Source of the DNA: Lama glama
Taxonomy: Eukaryota
Direction: 5' to 3'
Length of the DNA: 64,000 nucleotides
Assembly (NCBI GenBank): GCA_028534125.1
Contig: CM052816.1
Coordinates: 88,104,001 to 88,168,000, forward strand
The notes under the pieces are model-generated. The model saw only the letters and a list, made by a program, of their open reading frames with translations, searched no databases and was not told where the DNA came from. This document shows positions 1 through 14,616 of the stretch, piece by piece. Both the position numbers and the translations under genes were made by a program. How positions within the stretch are numbered: the stretch's first letter is position 1; the number at the start of each line of letters is the position of its first letter.

Positions 1-3000
1 AAGCTTTCCAGATGTCCAGCGTCACATGCAGCCAATAATTGTGACCAATGAATTTCTACCCCTGGACTGACATTAAAAATTTCTCTCAGGCAGATCTTTA
101 AAGCAAATCTGTGACCATTAGTGGATGGGGCCACTGAAAATGACATTCCTGGCTGTGTGGCTCTATTTACAAATTTTCTTCCTTTCTAGTACCTTATTGA
201 GCAATGTTTCAGTTGATCATAATTTCTAGCAATTCTTATTGAAATCAAAATTTTATGTTGATTTTTTAAACAATTTTTTCAGATTTAGTCATAAGCAGCT
301 ATTTAATTTTTTGATTATTTTTATTTTCTAATGACTCTGCAAATATAGAGTAGAAAACTTAAAGTTTTACTTATTTTCTTTTGTATTTTTCTCCAGCAAT
401 ATTCTGAGACCTTTTCCTTGTGCTATTAGAAGAATTCTATTGACCACAATAAATAAATAAATCTAAAAAGTGATAAGCTACCATAGGTTAACACCTCATG
501 AATCTATAGTATCACTTTCTAAAGTGTCTGGGAAACCTGGAGTGTCAACTAGCTTCGCCATCTGTCAGTCACACCATAAACAGTTACTTTTGTCTCATAC
601 GTGTTCGGTCATTTGTCAATCTTAGAGAGTTTATATTTTGTTGATTTCAAAATGACAGCTAAATGATGTTTGTTTACTCATTAGTTGGACTGTAGATTAC
701 CTTGCTTGGCACTCGGTGTCTCTACCAAGTGCAATCTTTGAAGGTTATTATGACAACTTGAAGTTTTATAGGAGAATGGAAGGGAAAGAGGTAGAGTTCC
801 CACAATCTGCTGAGAATTGATGTAACTTGAATTGCATCATATTCATGCGACAGCTTCTGAAATTGTCTGTGTGCACCAGAAAGAATGTGCCATCTCTTAG
901 ATATCGGAGCTGAGAAAAAATATTTCTTGCCACTTTTTGATTGCTCAAGATGTGAAGATAATAATCTACAATTTAATCTATTTGGAAAAGAGTTGGTATT
1001 AAACATATTCATTGTTTCTAGGAAAAATTCATGTATTACAATTTTTCAAGATCACATATATATATATTTTTCTTGCAGTCCTTTGATGACTCTCAAACTT
1101 TATCCAATTAAGTATATATGACTGACTGTCTATCATTCCAGCTGAAGGGGCTGATAGCATGCCTCATTTACGTCCAGAGTTCATTACTCAAAACCAACAT
1201 TAAGTAGAGGCATGAAAGCCAATCTGCCTTCCCTAAATGTATCTGGTAGCTCCCATGGGAAAGGAGTTGTTTAGCCTGGTTCATTCTTCTCCTGGAGCTT
1301 GCATTACAGCCAAGAGCCACACTGCTGAATGAAGTGAGGTTCAAGGGGCTCTGTACAGTGCTGGAATGGGCATCCAGGCTCTGCTTGCTCTCAAACATGG
1401 GGTGGTCTTAATATCTTTACCATCATGCATAATCATTTGAAGGAAGCCTGCCTCATTATCTACCTGTACATTCAGTGATGGGCACTTGTACCTGCCCACT
1501 TTGGCAGGACTTGGGTCTCTCTTGGAGGGTGGGATTGGGCTCCCTTTCCTCAGTGGCCACAGGTGGGGAGTCGGCACCCTTCTGGGCACTGACACACTTC
1601 TCCTGGCAAGAGGTGGTTTGTTGTCAGCAGCTCAGCTGGTCCCCGAGGAAAGAAAGAAAGAGCAGCAGTGTGGCTACTGGGGTGCTGTAGTTTCCCAAAG
1701 TGTCCCGTTTGTGGCTCAGAGAAAATCCCTGCCACTCTAGTAGACAGAAAATTGCTTCTGGAACAGCAGGTTTTTTAACAGAAGGATGAGCCCTCTGTGA
1801 TGCTCTCTGTCAAGGAAGTTCCGTGTGTTAATAGAATACATGGATATGGAACCATGATTTCTGCTCCCTACTCAGCACTAGGACAAGCCTACTCATTTCT
1901 GTTTCCTTCCTGCATGGAACCATAATGTACCTCCTTGCTAGATTTTTGGTTTGGACCACAAATGTTAACCCCATTAGTATTCTCAGAGAAGGGATGTGTG
2001 AGGGGTAGGGTGAGGAAGGTGGCGGTATATTCCATTTCTCTCAGAAAGCCCTTAGAAGCTTCATACAAATTTATATCCTCTCATTAACTCTGTTCTCTTA
2101 CCTACACCATCTTCTATCCTCCCTTTTAATAACCAATAAGGATAAATGGCTTAGAAAGTCAACTAATTAGTAATAGAAGAGCAGGTTAATAAGTATTAGT
2201 TGTCTGAAAACAAGTCCTTTTTCAGTTTCTTTACTATATAGATTCATTTTATTTCAGTTTTAATTAATTTGAATAAACATTATCAATGACCTACGCTCTT
2301 ATACATGGGAGCTATTGGAGGAATGAGAAACAGTCACAACTCATCCAGGAAGAGAGACTTACACAGATAATGTTAGATTCCTTTACATGTTCTAAAGAGA
2401 TACAGATAAAAAAGCAATCAACTCTATCTCAACTTCAGAGCTTGATCAGAAAAACCTTTTGGAAGTTTTGAATACATTCTAAATTCAAAAAGGAATAATG
2501 CTCTTTATATGATTTGGCTAAAAATTATACACAGATTTCCAGGGTAAAAGAAAAATCAAGTTACTGTTCTTTCAAATTACATGTTTATTTTGGTGTTTGT
2601 GTATCTGTGTCTTAAACGTATTTCTACACCTATTAAAACCTATTGCATTTTACGTTGGTGTGTGTGTGTTCTGTGTGTGTGTGTTAAGTATATTTCTACA
2701 CTTATTAGACACCTATTTTACCTTATTTAAGAGCTATTTCCCTTAGTCATTTCCATGTACCAGCACCTAACACAAAACCAGTCACAGGCATTAAATAAAT
2801 GTTTTTTTTGAGTGAATACTTAATTACAGTATGAAACTTTTGAATCTCTCTTCCATGAAATAAGACATTTATTCCTTGACTGTAGTTAATGACACAAAGA
2901 AAAATCTTATGTGCAGCTATTGGCTTAAGGACATATTTCAGTTCATATGTTTCTCTTAAGAATTGATTCCTTTACAACTCTTCTAGGCTTCAACACAAGT

Positions 3001-4880
3001 AGTGGGGAAGGGTTATATAATTAATCATAAGTGTTACATTTGTTTTTGTTTTTATATCATAGTAAATATAAAAATATACAGTTCATTAAAACAATCAGTG
3101 TCAGAACATTGGTACATTTTGCAGTAAACATGGATCAAAATTATAAAAATATTTGGAATTTTATTCTTGAAAAATTGAATAGCTAAAAAAAACCCCTATT
3201 TCATAGTACTGCACCAAAAATTCAAAGACATTGTTAGTTGTAGCTGGTGATTCTTAGATACAGCTCATGAATGGAAGCAGCACTATTTAGCAAAAAAAGA
3301 AGCAGCCCAAATATTTCTCTAGGTGTGTCTGTGCTCATAAAGTGGTGTGTCTGAATTTTTGCCTTTTCTGATGTGCCCGTTTCCAGACTCTTTGTGCATA
3401 TCTGGACCCAATTTTGTTCTCTCCCCCAACTCTGTTGAATTTTCCTTTTATTGTGGCCATTTGTTTTTTTTTTTCTGATTCTATTAGTATAATTCCTGAC
3501 TCCAGCCTTCTGTCCTTAACCACAGCTTAGACTAAATAATTCCTACAAACACCCATTAGAATGATCCATCTGTGCTTGAAATTTCACAATTAAGCTAAAA
3601 GGTAATGATCAAAACTGTCCTGAGTCATTTAAGATGCAGTGCAAATGAGATATCTGCTAGTAGGTATGATGATCAAAAGATAGGGACAAAAGCAAGATGC
3701 AGAGGAATGTGGTGAAGTGGCTGGTGAGTGGAGGAGAATGGGGAGACAGCCATCAAAGGCAAGCTTCATCTACTCGGTCCTTGTATCCAGAGCAAGACCA
3801 ATTCTATGTGAAGCACTGCTGAGTGGTTACTTGTTCTGACATTACTCTACATCATATTATTACTTTGGCAGATGTAATTATTTTACTAAGTTGTTATTGA
3901 AGTCTATTTATTGGCTCAGTCGGGTTTTGTAAGGAAGAACACAGAGATGTGTCATCATGCTTTCGCTTTTCTTAAAACCGATGCAGGGAGTTTCACAGTT
4001 TCTTTGAGGGTCAGAAGAGCCATAGATCAGATCCCTGAGAACCATTTTTCACTAGAGTTTCCAAAGATTTCTCATTGTAGACAAATTGGTATAAACATTT
4101 CTATAAACATATTTATGTAGCTCATATATCTAAATTGTAATAAACATTTTTAATATTTGACATGAGTGTCTGCCACAAGGAAGAATTTATGACTTTTAAA
4201 ACTCTGATGAATAAAATTAGACTGAAAGAGGAAAGATTATTTCTTTCTCAGTACAAATTGATCTCTGGATCTAAGTGACTGTCTGCATATGAGTGGGGAA
4301 CGTGAGGAAAGTGACAGCAATGAAATAGGTTGCTTATTCCCGCTGCCATCCTAAAATCACCATCCACTCTACCGCCATAGGGTTCTCTAAGGGGATTGTG
4401 TTGCATTCCAGGAAAAATCATATTAAATGAACAAGACAGCTCATCACCGTGATTGATAACCACATCACCCTGGGCCTTGCCAAATATCTGTATGAGTAAA
4501 CCCAGAAGCTACTTATCAATCACTAGTTTATTATTATTATTATTATTAAACAAAAACAAATGGAATTACTAACACTCTCACAGGAGTCATTTCAAAACCT
4601 TGTGTATTTTTTCATTCTAAACTAGACTTCAGTTCTATAATCATTTTTATTTTTTGATGAAAATGGTACGAATTTAAATATGATTTTATTTACTTGAAAT
4701 AATTTACCTGAAAGCAATTTTTATATGGATTTAAAACTGAATGTCTTAAATCAGTTTGGCATAATAGTCAAGGGCAGCTAATTTTTTCAGCATAGAGTTG
4801 GAACAAGTTCAAAAGAACTCAAATTAGTAGCCATCAATTAAGTGTAAATTTGGGGTTTTCCCTAATTTTCTCTTTCTTCT

Positions 4881-4908
4881 TTCCTTCCTTCCTTCCTTCC
4901 TTCCTTCC
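4881..4908. repeat. (TTCC)7 microsatellite
   Basis: Read directly from the sequence. Confidence 0.9.
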
Positions 4909-7900
4909 ATCCTTTAAAGTTTTGATTTGATGTAGCCACACACTCTCACCTTGTTTCCAAATAATTAATAAGGTACATTTAGCAAGGAGACTTAAATAAG
5001 AATAGAAACTGCAACCATGGAGCATCGATTTGCTTGAAGAAAACTCCTACTGTCCCACACAGAAATAAACGCAGCCACTTTGGCCGCATCCAAATACAGA
5101 CGACTTCATCCAAAGACTGACTTCTGACCCTTGTAGAGCCAGTGACCTTGCAGAGGGTTATTTACTATGAAAAGGGGCCTCCGAAAAGGAGGTTAACATT
5201 CATTAATTGTGACTGTGTTTGTCTCACGAGCCACATCATTCACCTGCCCTCAGAGTTTGTCTAGGTAAGAAATGCTGATGGAGTGAAGATTTTCTTTACT
5301 GTTGGGCAGAGGAAGTAGCACTGCCCTGATAATGAAGGGCTTCAAGGCTTTCTGCCAGCTGTGATAGTACAGTAATAGACCACGTGACATGTAATCCGTT
5401 AACTATTTCTGGCACTTTTCCTCATTTTAAACAATGGTGGGTAAAAAGAGATTTTACCTTAAGTAACTTCTCGCTCAAAAATCCTGAGTCTTTGATGGAT
5501 GCAATGTTAATATGCTTGCTGAGTTTTCCAAAATTAGGGCTGAGCCTGCAAATTCCATATTTGTAAGTTAATTCTGTTTTCAATATAAAAGGGATCAAGT
5601 ACCGAGGGATGCATTTTTGGTAACTTTTAATCTTCTCCTAATTCTTTATCTCACATGTTATACTGACCTAAAATGAATGAGATCTTATGCTTAACATAGC
5701 ACTATACATTGTAGTTATGATATATGTAAGCAACTCAAGAGATGTCTGGTGGGTTTTTCTTTTGGAAAAGTGTTTTGGGTATACTGACATCAACTTTTGG
5801 ACTTAATTTCACCACTGATTGGAACGCTGGTCTGCATTCCACGCAGACAGAATGTTTATCTAGTTTAGATAATATGGGCAACAGCTATGCCAATTGTAAA
5901 GAGACAGATTTTTCTTTCAACTTCCTTTTTAATTTTGATATTTTCTTTAATATAAAACTATATTACATTTATTTTTTACTTTAAATTTTCTGTTTTTACT
6001 TTTTATTTTTTCTATATAGTGATAGTCATATTTATTTCATAAACTATACTTGATGATATCTTTATATTTTTGATACAGCCTTACAAAATAAGCTTTATTG
6101 AGCTAGTCTACTTTTCAAATATATAGGGATCACAGACAGTCTTGTAGTTTATGTATGCACATCTCTGTTGCAAAAGCTACGTATGTCGGGTCACTCTACG
6201 TGTACACTTGTGCTTTAATAGGTGTGGAACACATCCATATTTACCAATATGCAAATGAAAATAAACAAATATAAAACACATAATAATTGTTTATCCTTCT
6301 CCATTGAGTTTAAAATCCAGTGTACCTTAGAATAGTGAAAACACATGAGAAATACAATAATTGAAATCCTACCTTAACCAAATAATTAATTGAAAGTAAG
6401 AATGCAGGTCTTTTTACTCTTTTTATTTGCCGTTAACTATTATGCAAAATAATTGACTTTACACATTGATCCAAGAGTTGCATTCATAAAAAAGTATTCA
6501 ACCATTTAAGTAACCATTAATTAAATATTTGTGGTGGATGCTGTGCTGGGTAGTGTGTTGCAGTGGGAAGATTATTGAGGAAAATAAATCTTAACAATTA
6601 AAGGAAAGTAGTTATTTAGATTTTGAAATAGAAATACTCATGAGACACACACAAAGTAGAGTGCTTACCATAATTTTGCAAAGCAAAAAATAGAACGTTA
6701 TGTCTGGAATTGGTTAATTTAAGAGTCAGTCATTTCAACTCCCCTCCTGTATTTCCTGAAACATAGAATGAAGCTTTGAGATTTATATTTGTCTGGTCAA
6801 ATATAGTTTGTATTATAAAAGGAAGTGTCTTAGACGACACCTGATACTTTACTGCATTCCGTAGGCATTAAAGTCAATTCTTGCCGGTTATTGGTAAGTG
6901 ATGTGCTAACAAAAGCAGCTCTGGGCTCTGATGCTAGCGGAAAAGGGTGTTAGGCAAAGGCAGCTGTTCTTCATCATGTATATAGAGAAACAGTAGCATT
7001 ACTTTTATGGATATGGGTTACTTCTTACAGGAGACAAAAAGGGGAAACAAAAAAATATATATATACACGGTAATGTCCAGAACGCAAAAGAGCAGAAATC
7101 TGTGTCTTGCTGGTTTTGTTCAGTATTCAGGACACTGATGGCGTGTGTTATCAAGGCTGCACACATGTGAATACCCAGACTAGGAAGAGGCTTCTGAAAT
7201 ACTTTGTTTCACATTACTTCTGTGAGAGTAGCTTCAAGAGTCTAGCTTCCGAGCACATTACTAGTAATATTTTCCTTTCCAAAGATAAGCCCCAGAAAGG
7301 CAATGTTGGCCTGTCCGGTTACAGGTGCAGACAACTACAGCTTTACTAAAACTGGCTGTGACAGGGAGGGAAATGTGTTCACAGACCGGAGGGCTTCCTG
7401 ATCGGAATTGCAATGTTCCTCTTCAGTGAGCCAGAAACCAGATCTCCCTTCTCCCACTTTGCTATGCTAAATTACGTTCATATTTAAAAGAAAAATATCC
7501 CTTACACATTTTTGGGTTCAGAAATGAAGACTGTAAGTACTTTCAATAATCCAATATTACTTTTTAGAAAATATGGTGTTATTTTTCTCTTTTTATTAAA
7601 AAAAATTTTGAGATAAAATATAAAAGTTGTTATGTACAATGAGGCATATTGATCTTATATTTTTCTAATTAAAAATATAAGGGTAGCACCCTAAATACAT
7701 TTATTTTTCTATCAGATCAGATATAAATGAGATACCCAGACATAGATACAACCAGATTTTTTTTCTATTTTAAATCTTAGTACTTATTTTGAAATAAATG
7801 AATTATCTAACGTGCACCCATTTGCATATGCAAGGAGGTACAGTGTGCCCTTATTTATAATGGTGAAAACATGAAATAAATTAGATGACATTGATGATGG

Positions 7901-8175
7901 ATTGCTTTTTTAAAAAACAGTGAGATAACTAATTTGATGAAAAATTGTGTGTTTATTAACAGCATGTCATCCAATTATATTTAAAAGCCGAATGGTTATC
8001 ACTATATAGTATTATTTTCAAACACTGGTTACAATACATTATGAATAGTATGACCTCAATTTACTTAAATCTGTGTAGAAACAAGAAAACTTAAAAATAT
8101 TATTGGAAATGGCTTCTAGATATTAAGGTAATGAGTGAATTTAATTTCTGTAATGATATGTTACTTCTGTATTTA

Positions 8176-8321
8176 TTTTTTATTTGTATATATTTGGGAG
8201 GGCTAATTAGGTTTATTTATTTATTTATTTATTTATTTTTAGAGGCGGTCCCGGGCATTGAACTCAGGACCTTGTGTGTACTCAGAATGCACTCTGTACC
8301 ACTTGAGCTATATCCTCTGCC
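8176..8321 (-). mobile_element. tRNA-Ala-derived SINE (camelid vic-1-like) with 14-bp TSD
   Basis: The minus strand reads GGATATAGCTCAAGTGGTA (A box), GAGTTCAATGCC (B box), (AAAT)n, AAACCTAATTA. A perfect direct repeat TACTTCTGTATTTA lies at 8162-8175 and 8322-8335. Confidence 0.88.
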
Positions 8322-11028
8322 TACTTCTGTATTTAGATGAAACATTATACATTATTTTCTGGACTGAAGTGCTCCCCATCTCCTAGTGTTGTTAGTGAGG
8401 TATGTTATCAACGAACTAACACATGAGGTGTGTGCAATGAACTAGGAATTCCCTTCTTAAAGCTAGAAATCTAAGTCTCTACGTTTCATTTAAAGAAAAA
8501 AAAATTTAATAATCTAAATTTGTATTAAACAAAATTATGGGAGGAAAAAGAAAGGAAAACATACGTCCTCCTTTTCTTTCTCAGATCCTCTACATGACTA
8601 GGTTGACATCAATTTAGAATTTAACCTTTGAGTATATCGTAACCAAATATTTGCCTGTGGAACCCTGCCCCAGACCTGGCTAACGTAGCCCTCTTATCAG
8701 ACTCTCCTTAATGTATCTGTTTTTTTATCTTATACCCTCAGGCTTTTTGTTTAGACTGAGTGCTCAAATGATTGGCTCATTAATTGGTGCTAATAAAAAA
8801 AAAGCTGAAAGATAACCTGGGGGTAAGAGAAGAAAGACTGGATTTGAGGCCGTCCCCACTTACGCCGTCTACTCCTCAGCTCTGGTCCGAGAGTAGTTTT
8901 ATTCCTCGCTCTTGTGCCTCACAGTGTAGTTAATTACCTAGTACAAGTTCTGATGAAATTAATATTAAAGGACAGCCTCCTACGACCTGGTACTGCTTTT
9001 TCTACAACTCAAGAATTCACGTCTGAGTACCAGGAGTGACATTCAGCAGTGCCAGAGGGACCAGGGAGAGCAGAATGAGAGGGACATGGTGAAAAATCCT
9101 GTTACACGAGACATGGTTGAGGACTATGGAGTGTTCAGTTGGAAGAAAAGAAGAGAAATAAGGAGGAACATGACAGCTAACTGCCGGTACTTGAAGGTCA
9201 TCATGTAAGCTACAGATCCTCGGTATCTCCAGAGAGGAAAATGGGGACAACTTGGTGAAAATCACAGGAAGGCAGTTTTTAAGTGTTCAGGGACGATCTT
9301 TCCAGCCATCGCAAATGCCTAGTCTTTCCACTGATGATCATGCAGAGAGAGGGGGGTGCTTTATCAGCCATTTATTAACATCAGTGCACTGTCTGCCTGC
9401 CATCTTCTTATTAATCTGCCTGCCTGCTGTCTTCAAGCTGGTGAGATAGTGCCAGTGAATTGGAGATTTAAAAAGTAGAGAGATAAAAGACTAGTTAATT
9501 TTGTTGTCATCATATGCTAAGTATTTAGACAATTTCATTGTTGATAGCTAATGTTTTTTGTATTGTGACAGAAGAAATTCTTTTAACGTTGTCTTCTCCA
9601 AATGTTGAAAGTTATTTTGTCTGTTGGTCAAAATAACATGAGCAATTTGATTGAGGGTTGCACCATGCTCTCAAGAAACTTGTTAAACGTGTAGCCTGAG
9701 GACCTTGGGGGAGATAAAAACCCATATTCTGACACCATATATTTTTATTTTCATTTTTTTCTTTGTTAATACAACTCACAGTATTCCTGAGCAATTCCCA
9801 CAGCTTCTTTTTTAAAACCATGAGCCCATAATTCATAATTGTACCAGATAAAATGGCCCTTCATCAAGTTCTCAATCTATCTTTTAAGTCAAATATGAGT
9901 CAAATTCATGCCGTAATATTCTGCATATTCTGGTGCTCCTGGACCATCATCTTCTGCTGTCTGCCCACTTTTCATTTGATCTCTTCTCTGTCTCTTCATC
10001 TGGGTCATAAAAGAAATTCATGAGTAACCCCTTCTAGTTATAACTCACTCTCTCTTAGACTTTAATTCCTTTTTTATCTTTTAATCTGCACTATATTTTA
10101 TGGCTGGCTTACAACTTGAAAGCTTTTAAAAAAAATACTATATGTGGGACACTCCATATAACAACATATTCACCGAAATAGTGAAAAGGAATAATTTTAG
10201 TGTGATGGGAGAATCCTCATGGTAAATAATAGATTTATAAATGAATTAAAAGATACAGCTTTCATTTGGAAATAATGGCATAGTTAATTCTATTTTTGTC
10301 ATCAAACATGTATTTTAAAGTAACATCAAATTTTATCAACTTAAGTAATAGAAATGCCTCCAAGTTATAGACATATATTGTGCAGGTAGTGAGTTAAGCT
10401 CAATGCTCCATAAAGCATGCATTAAAACTATAGTTTAGTGATATAAGGGTTTTTTATCTTTCATTTTATGTATTACTCTGAAAAGTTCAAAGGGGTTACT
10501 AAACAGATCACTATCCTATACATTAATGATAATGCATATGTTATTTTTCTTTTTTGATAAGCTTTAGAACTCATGTCCAACTTTTAAAGTTTTTTTTCTA
10601 AATGAAAACATACACCACCATACATCACCATGAGAAATATAACTTTAACTTTTTCAAATTCAATCCTTAGGTTCCATTCTCAAGACAGAAACTTACATAA
10701 AGAGAAAATTTGATAGAAACTTAGGTGAAGTAAAGTTGATAAGTCTGTCAAAGTTTAACCTCATCAACTATGAATTTATTCAGGCTCTTTTGTCTAGAAT
10801 TACAACGTATGTTTGTATAGAGGAATCGAAAGGCATCTATTCCAAATCTCCCATTTTGTAGAAGAATAAAAACTGAGGTCAAATTGTTTGCCCTATAAAT
10901 TGTCATTTGTTCATCAATTGGGAGATGATTAGCGGGCATATGAAATCTAGTAAAGTCTGAATTTTGTTTAGCTGCAGTACATTTCTGACCTGATCAACTG
11001 GATGACAAAGGATCTAGAGGAACCAGCA

Positions 11029-11229
11029 GAACAACACAGGGAAGAGGGGCGCCTACCCTCTACGCAATTGGAAATCCAGGTTTAATTTATAGTTGGCTCT
11101 CAGTATCCAGTTTCACATCCCTGGATTCAACCAATTTTGGATTGTGTAGAACTGCAGTACTAATTATTGAAAAAAATTTCCATATAAGTGGACCTGCACA
11201 GTTCAAAATTGTTGTTGAAGGGTCAACTG
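11029..11229. mobile_element. Tigger-family MITE (MER8-like)
   Basis: The right end ataagtggacctgcacagttcaaa..gttgttgaagggtcaactg is a Tigger2/MER8-type TIR. The left end retains only gaacaacac of the inverted TIR. Confidence 0.75.
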
Positions 11230-11954
11230 TGCTGTAGGTGTCCAAGTCTTTTATTTCTTTAACAATTACTAAAACTCAAGCTCAGCCTAAATGACTGCAA
11301 CAATGAATCACAGCACAAAAGGAACAAAGTCTTTATATTAAATCACAGGGCTAATACACAAATAGCACATCTTTCTCCATCAGCTAAGATTATCTAAACA
11401 ATAATGGTGACAATTGCTGCTGCTTTAGAGCCGAACATGCTGTCTATCAGTGTACATGGGGATCTGTGAGCACTTCTGCAAATATTGCAGTGACATCTCT
11501 TTGAGTTCGTGAAGTCATCAATAATCAAGATCACTTGATTCCAGGTAATGTGAACTGATACAACAAGTTCTCGACAGTATTGTAATGGATTTTCCAGAGA
11601 CAGGACCTCAGTACAGTCCTTGCTTCTGCAAAAGGTTATTCTCTTCCTTGAACCTAAGAGTAGAATCATATACTCTTCTGTAGACTTCGCAGGGCTTGAT
11701 GTGTCGGGATCACTCACAAGCTAGTAATTGGTTTCTTGTATTCCTTGGCCACTGTCATTAACAGCTCTCAAGTCACTTTTGATTTGAAGCTGCTCCTTTG
11801 ATTTCTGTAACAGACAGTGAAGCAGCGTCACTACCATAAACGTTGAGACAAAGGGACGTTGAATGTTTGGCCTGAGTCAAGGGTTATAATAAAGACTTCA
11901 CTGGAAACTTCTAACATTGTCCAATCAAAAATGTTTTAAAGTCCAAACTCATTA

Positions 11955-12950
11955 ATTTTTTAATTAACTTATTCAAAAGAAATGTGTTAAGTACCGATTA
12001 TGTACCAAACTCCATAGCAGGTGCCAGAATTAAAAAAGAACCATAAGCTGTCTTCACTGTGTGTGGTGCTTGCTGCCTAGTCAGAGACCTGACATGATGC
12101 TCTGTGAACACATGGAAATGAGTTTCTGCAAGAGGGGCTTATTGAAGCCACCTTGAATTCGGGCTGAAGTCCCCCTGGGTGAAAGGAGACATGTCTGATA
12201 TCCACAACGCATCTATAAAGAGCAGGATATGAAGTAGCATTATGTCTTAGGGAAGTCATATTGTATTGAGACAGCAGAAAATGTCACAGAGATAAACCTG
12301 GAGATGTAAATAGAGGCAGATTCACGAAAAGCGTTAGAGATGGTGCTGAGGACAAAATCAAATTTGCATTTTTGAAAGATGAATGTAGCTTTAAGGACAC
12401 AATGGGAATGTAGTAGGTGTGATAATGGGCAAAGGGGAAATTATTAATTATTTTAACGCTATCATCCAGGTGAGAAGCAGTAACATTTTGAAGAAGAGTA
12501 GTGGCGGGATGAAGAGGACAAACATACTTTAGCAACGTTTAGTCAATAAAGGGGATTGGACTGGAGGCAGACAATGTTATTTGTTTTTTTGATTTAGAAT
12601 GTAGCCAAGAAATTGGGTACATCTTGGTTAAGTTAACATGTAGTTTTGCTATTTAAGCAACTGGAAAATGTTAATGATGGCCCAGTCACTAGTACCTAGA
12701 GACAAATATGAGTGACATTGTAGCGTTAGGCACATAGGATGAGTGACAAACCTTGGAGTGCACGAACAATTAAAGGGCAAGGAGAGGAAAAGGGACCATA
12801 AAGAAGACTAAGAAATGGTGATCAAGGGAGAAAGCAGAGAGCCAAGAATAAATGATGCTGATGAAACCAAACATAGTTGGAAGCAACCTGAAAAAAGAGA
12901 TTTGCATCAACCAATTAAATTCCCTCAGAGAAGACAGGAAAACATGAGGA
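11955..12950 (-). mobile_element. L2 relic
   Basis: ttattcaaaagaaatgtgttaagtaccgattatgtacca 3' end followed by a purine-rich antisense L2 body; the right boundary is approximate. Confidence 0.55.
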
Positions 12951-13674
12951 GCCCCTTTCAGGGGTGGTAGGGAAGGTCAGCCAATCAGAAGCAGTAGGGG
13001 GAAGCTGAAGGCATGCCTAAAAGTGCTAGTAGGCTCAGGAGAAAGCAAGACTTCAATTAAGAAAAAGAACTGATGAAAATTCCGTGCAAGTGTAACAATG
13101 AATGAGTTTGTCTGTAGTACTCCCAGCGGTAGACTGGGTTATAAGAAGTGACTGGGAAGCAGGCAATAGTGGAAGAAACTAGAAGAAGGGACTTACATAT
13201 ATATATACTTTATATATACTTTGCAAACTCTTTATGGAATTCAGATACAGGTTTCCAGTTCTTGGATGAGAGGCTCAGAGTTATTACCCAAAAATGAATT
13301 GGCAGAGCTCTAATTTTTGTTGAACAGTGAGTAAAACATATTTCCTGGAGTGGAGGTTTGGAGAAATTGAAGAGTTAAGGTCTAGAATGAGAAAACAGAT
13401 GGATATCAGACGATGAACAGTCTTGAAAGAACTCAGAGTGGGTGTAGTGATTCATAACATATCACTGAAGGATTTGGACAGAGCCATAATGTGTTCAAAA
13501 TCCTGTAGCCAAGATTGACCTGCAGTAAAGGAAAAGTTATTTAGGAAAGAGGTAAGGTTGGATTCTGTTTCAATTTGTAGAACACATTACTGGAATTAAA
13601 AGGAAACAAGGAAATCTCAGCCCATAATAAACTTTATAGTTAAAGCTGAAGAATTTAAATAACAGTTTTGATGG

Positions 13675-13830
13675 GAGTTCTCCATGTGCCAGTTATTATG
13701 CTAAGCAATTTACATGCATTAACTCATAAATAAGTTCCCTGAGTTGCCTATTTATACTCCCATTTTTTATTTGAAGTAACAGAGACTTAGAGTATTTAAG
13801 TGACTTGCCAAAATTTTGTTAATTTGGAAG
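13675..13830 (-). mobile_element. MIR
   Basis: atgtgccag..tgctaagcaatttacatgcattaactcat...cccatttt..taagtgacttgcc. Confidence 0.7.
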
Positions 13831-13879
13831 TAACAGAAAACCCCGATCCAATTCAAAGTATAAAATCTCACACAAAACT

Positions 13880-14200
13880 GGATGTATGGTCTCAGATCAT
13901 CAAGATGCTTCGAGGTTGAGCTGTAATCCTTTCAGAGCAAGACTCTCATGACCTTTCCTAAGATTCCTGTGTGTGTGGCCTCTTGTGTGCCACAGTCTCC
14001 CCTCAGATTTCCCCCAAGCTGTTGAAATAATTACAGCAGTTCCAGCCATGTGTACATCAGTGTCCAGAGAAAATGAAAAAAGAGAGCATTTCCTAGAAGT
14101 CTTATCAAAAATCTCCTCTGGTTTTATTGGCTTGAAATGGGTTACATTTACATTCCTTAACCAACCATTATTAACCAGGGGAAAAAAAAGACTCAAGTTG
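13880..14200. mobile_element. Old MaLR LTR fragment (MLT1J/K-like)
   Basis: gcagttccagcc and ttattggcttgaaatgggttaca...ccttaaccaaccatta motifs; boundaries are approximate. Confidence 0.45.
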
Positions 14201-14574
14201 GTGAGTTTAGACTTGAACTAAATGTCTCCATGGGAGCCAAGCTCCTCCTAACACACCCAAGAGTGTGAGAGAGACAGTGAAATACAAGTATGTGTAGGAA
14301 CAGTGTTGCCCATTAGGTGGGATTAAAATGTGGGGGGATATAATTACATATCCACTAAAATTACATTATTATCCTTACAAAATTTAAATAATTTGCAAAA
14401 GGTCATATATCCATCTAATTACAGAACTGATTCTAGGATTCAATACTTCTGACTTCTAGTTTATATACCCACCAATACACATACCGCCCGCCCCCGCCAC
14501 ACATATATATACACATACATATGCAATTTGTATTTTTCTTTTTACTAAAACTAGATAGATAGAGTGATAGAAGG

Positions 14575-14616
14575 ATATATATATATAGAGAGAGAGACAG
14601 AGACAGAGACAGAGAG
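14575..14616. repeat. Compound (AT)/(AG)/(AGAGAC) microsatellite
   Basis: Read directly from the sequence. Confidence 0.85.

Noticed and set aside
11394..11717. 107-aa ORF as a possible processed pseudogene
   Set aside because: There is no recognisable protein, poly(A) tail or TSD. A BLASTX search would settle it.
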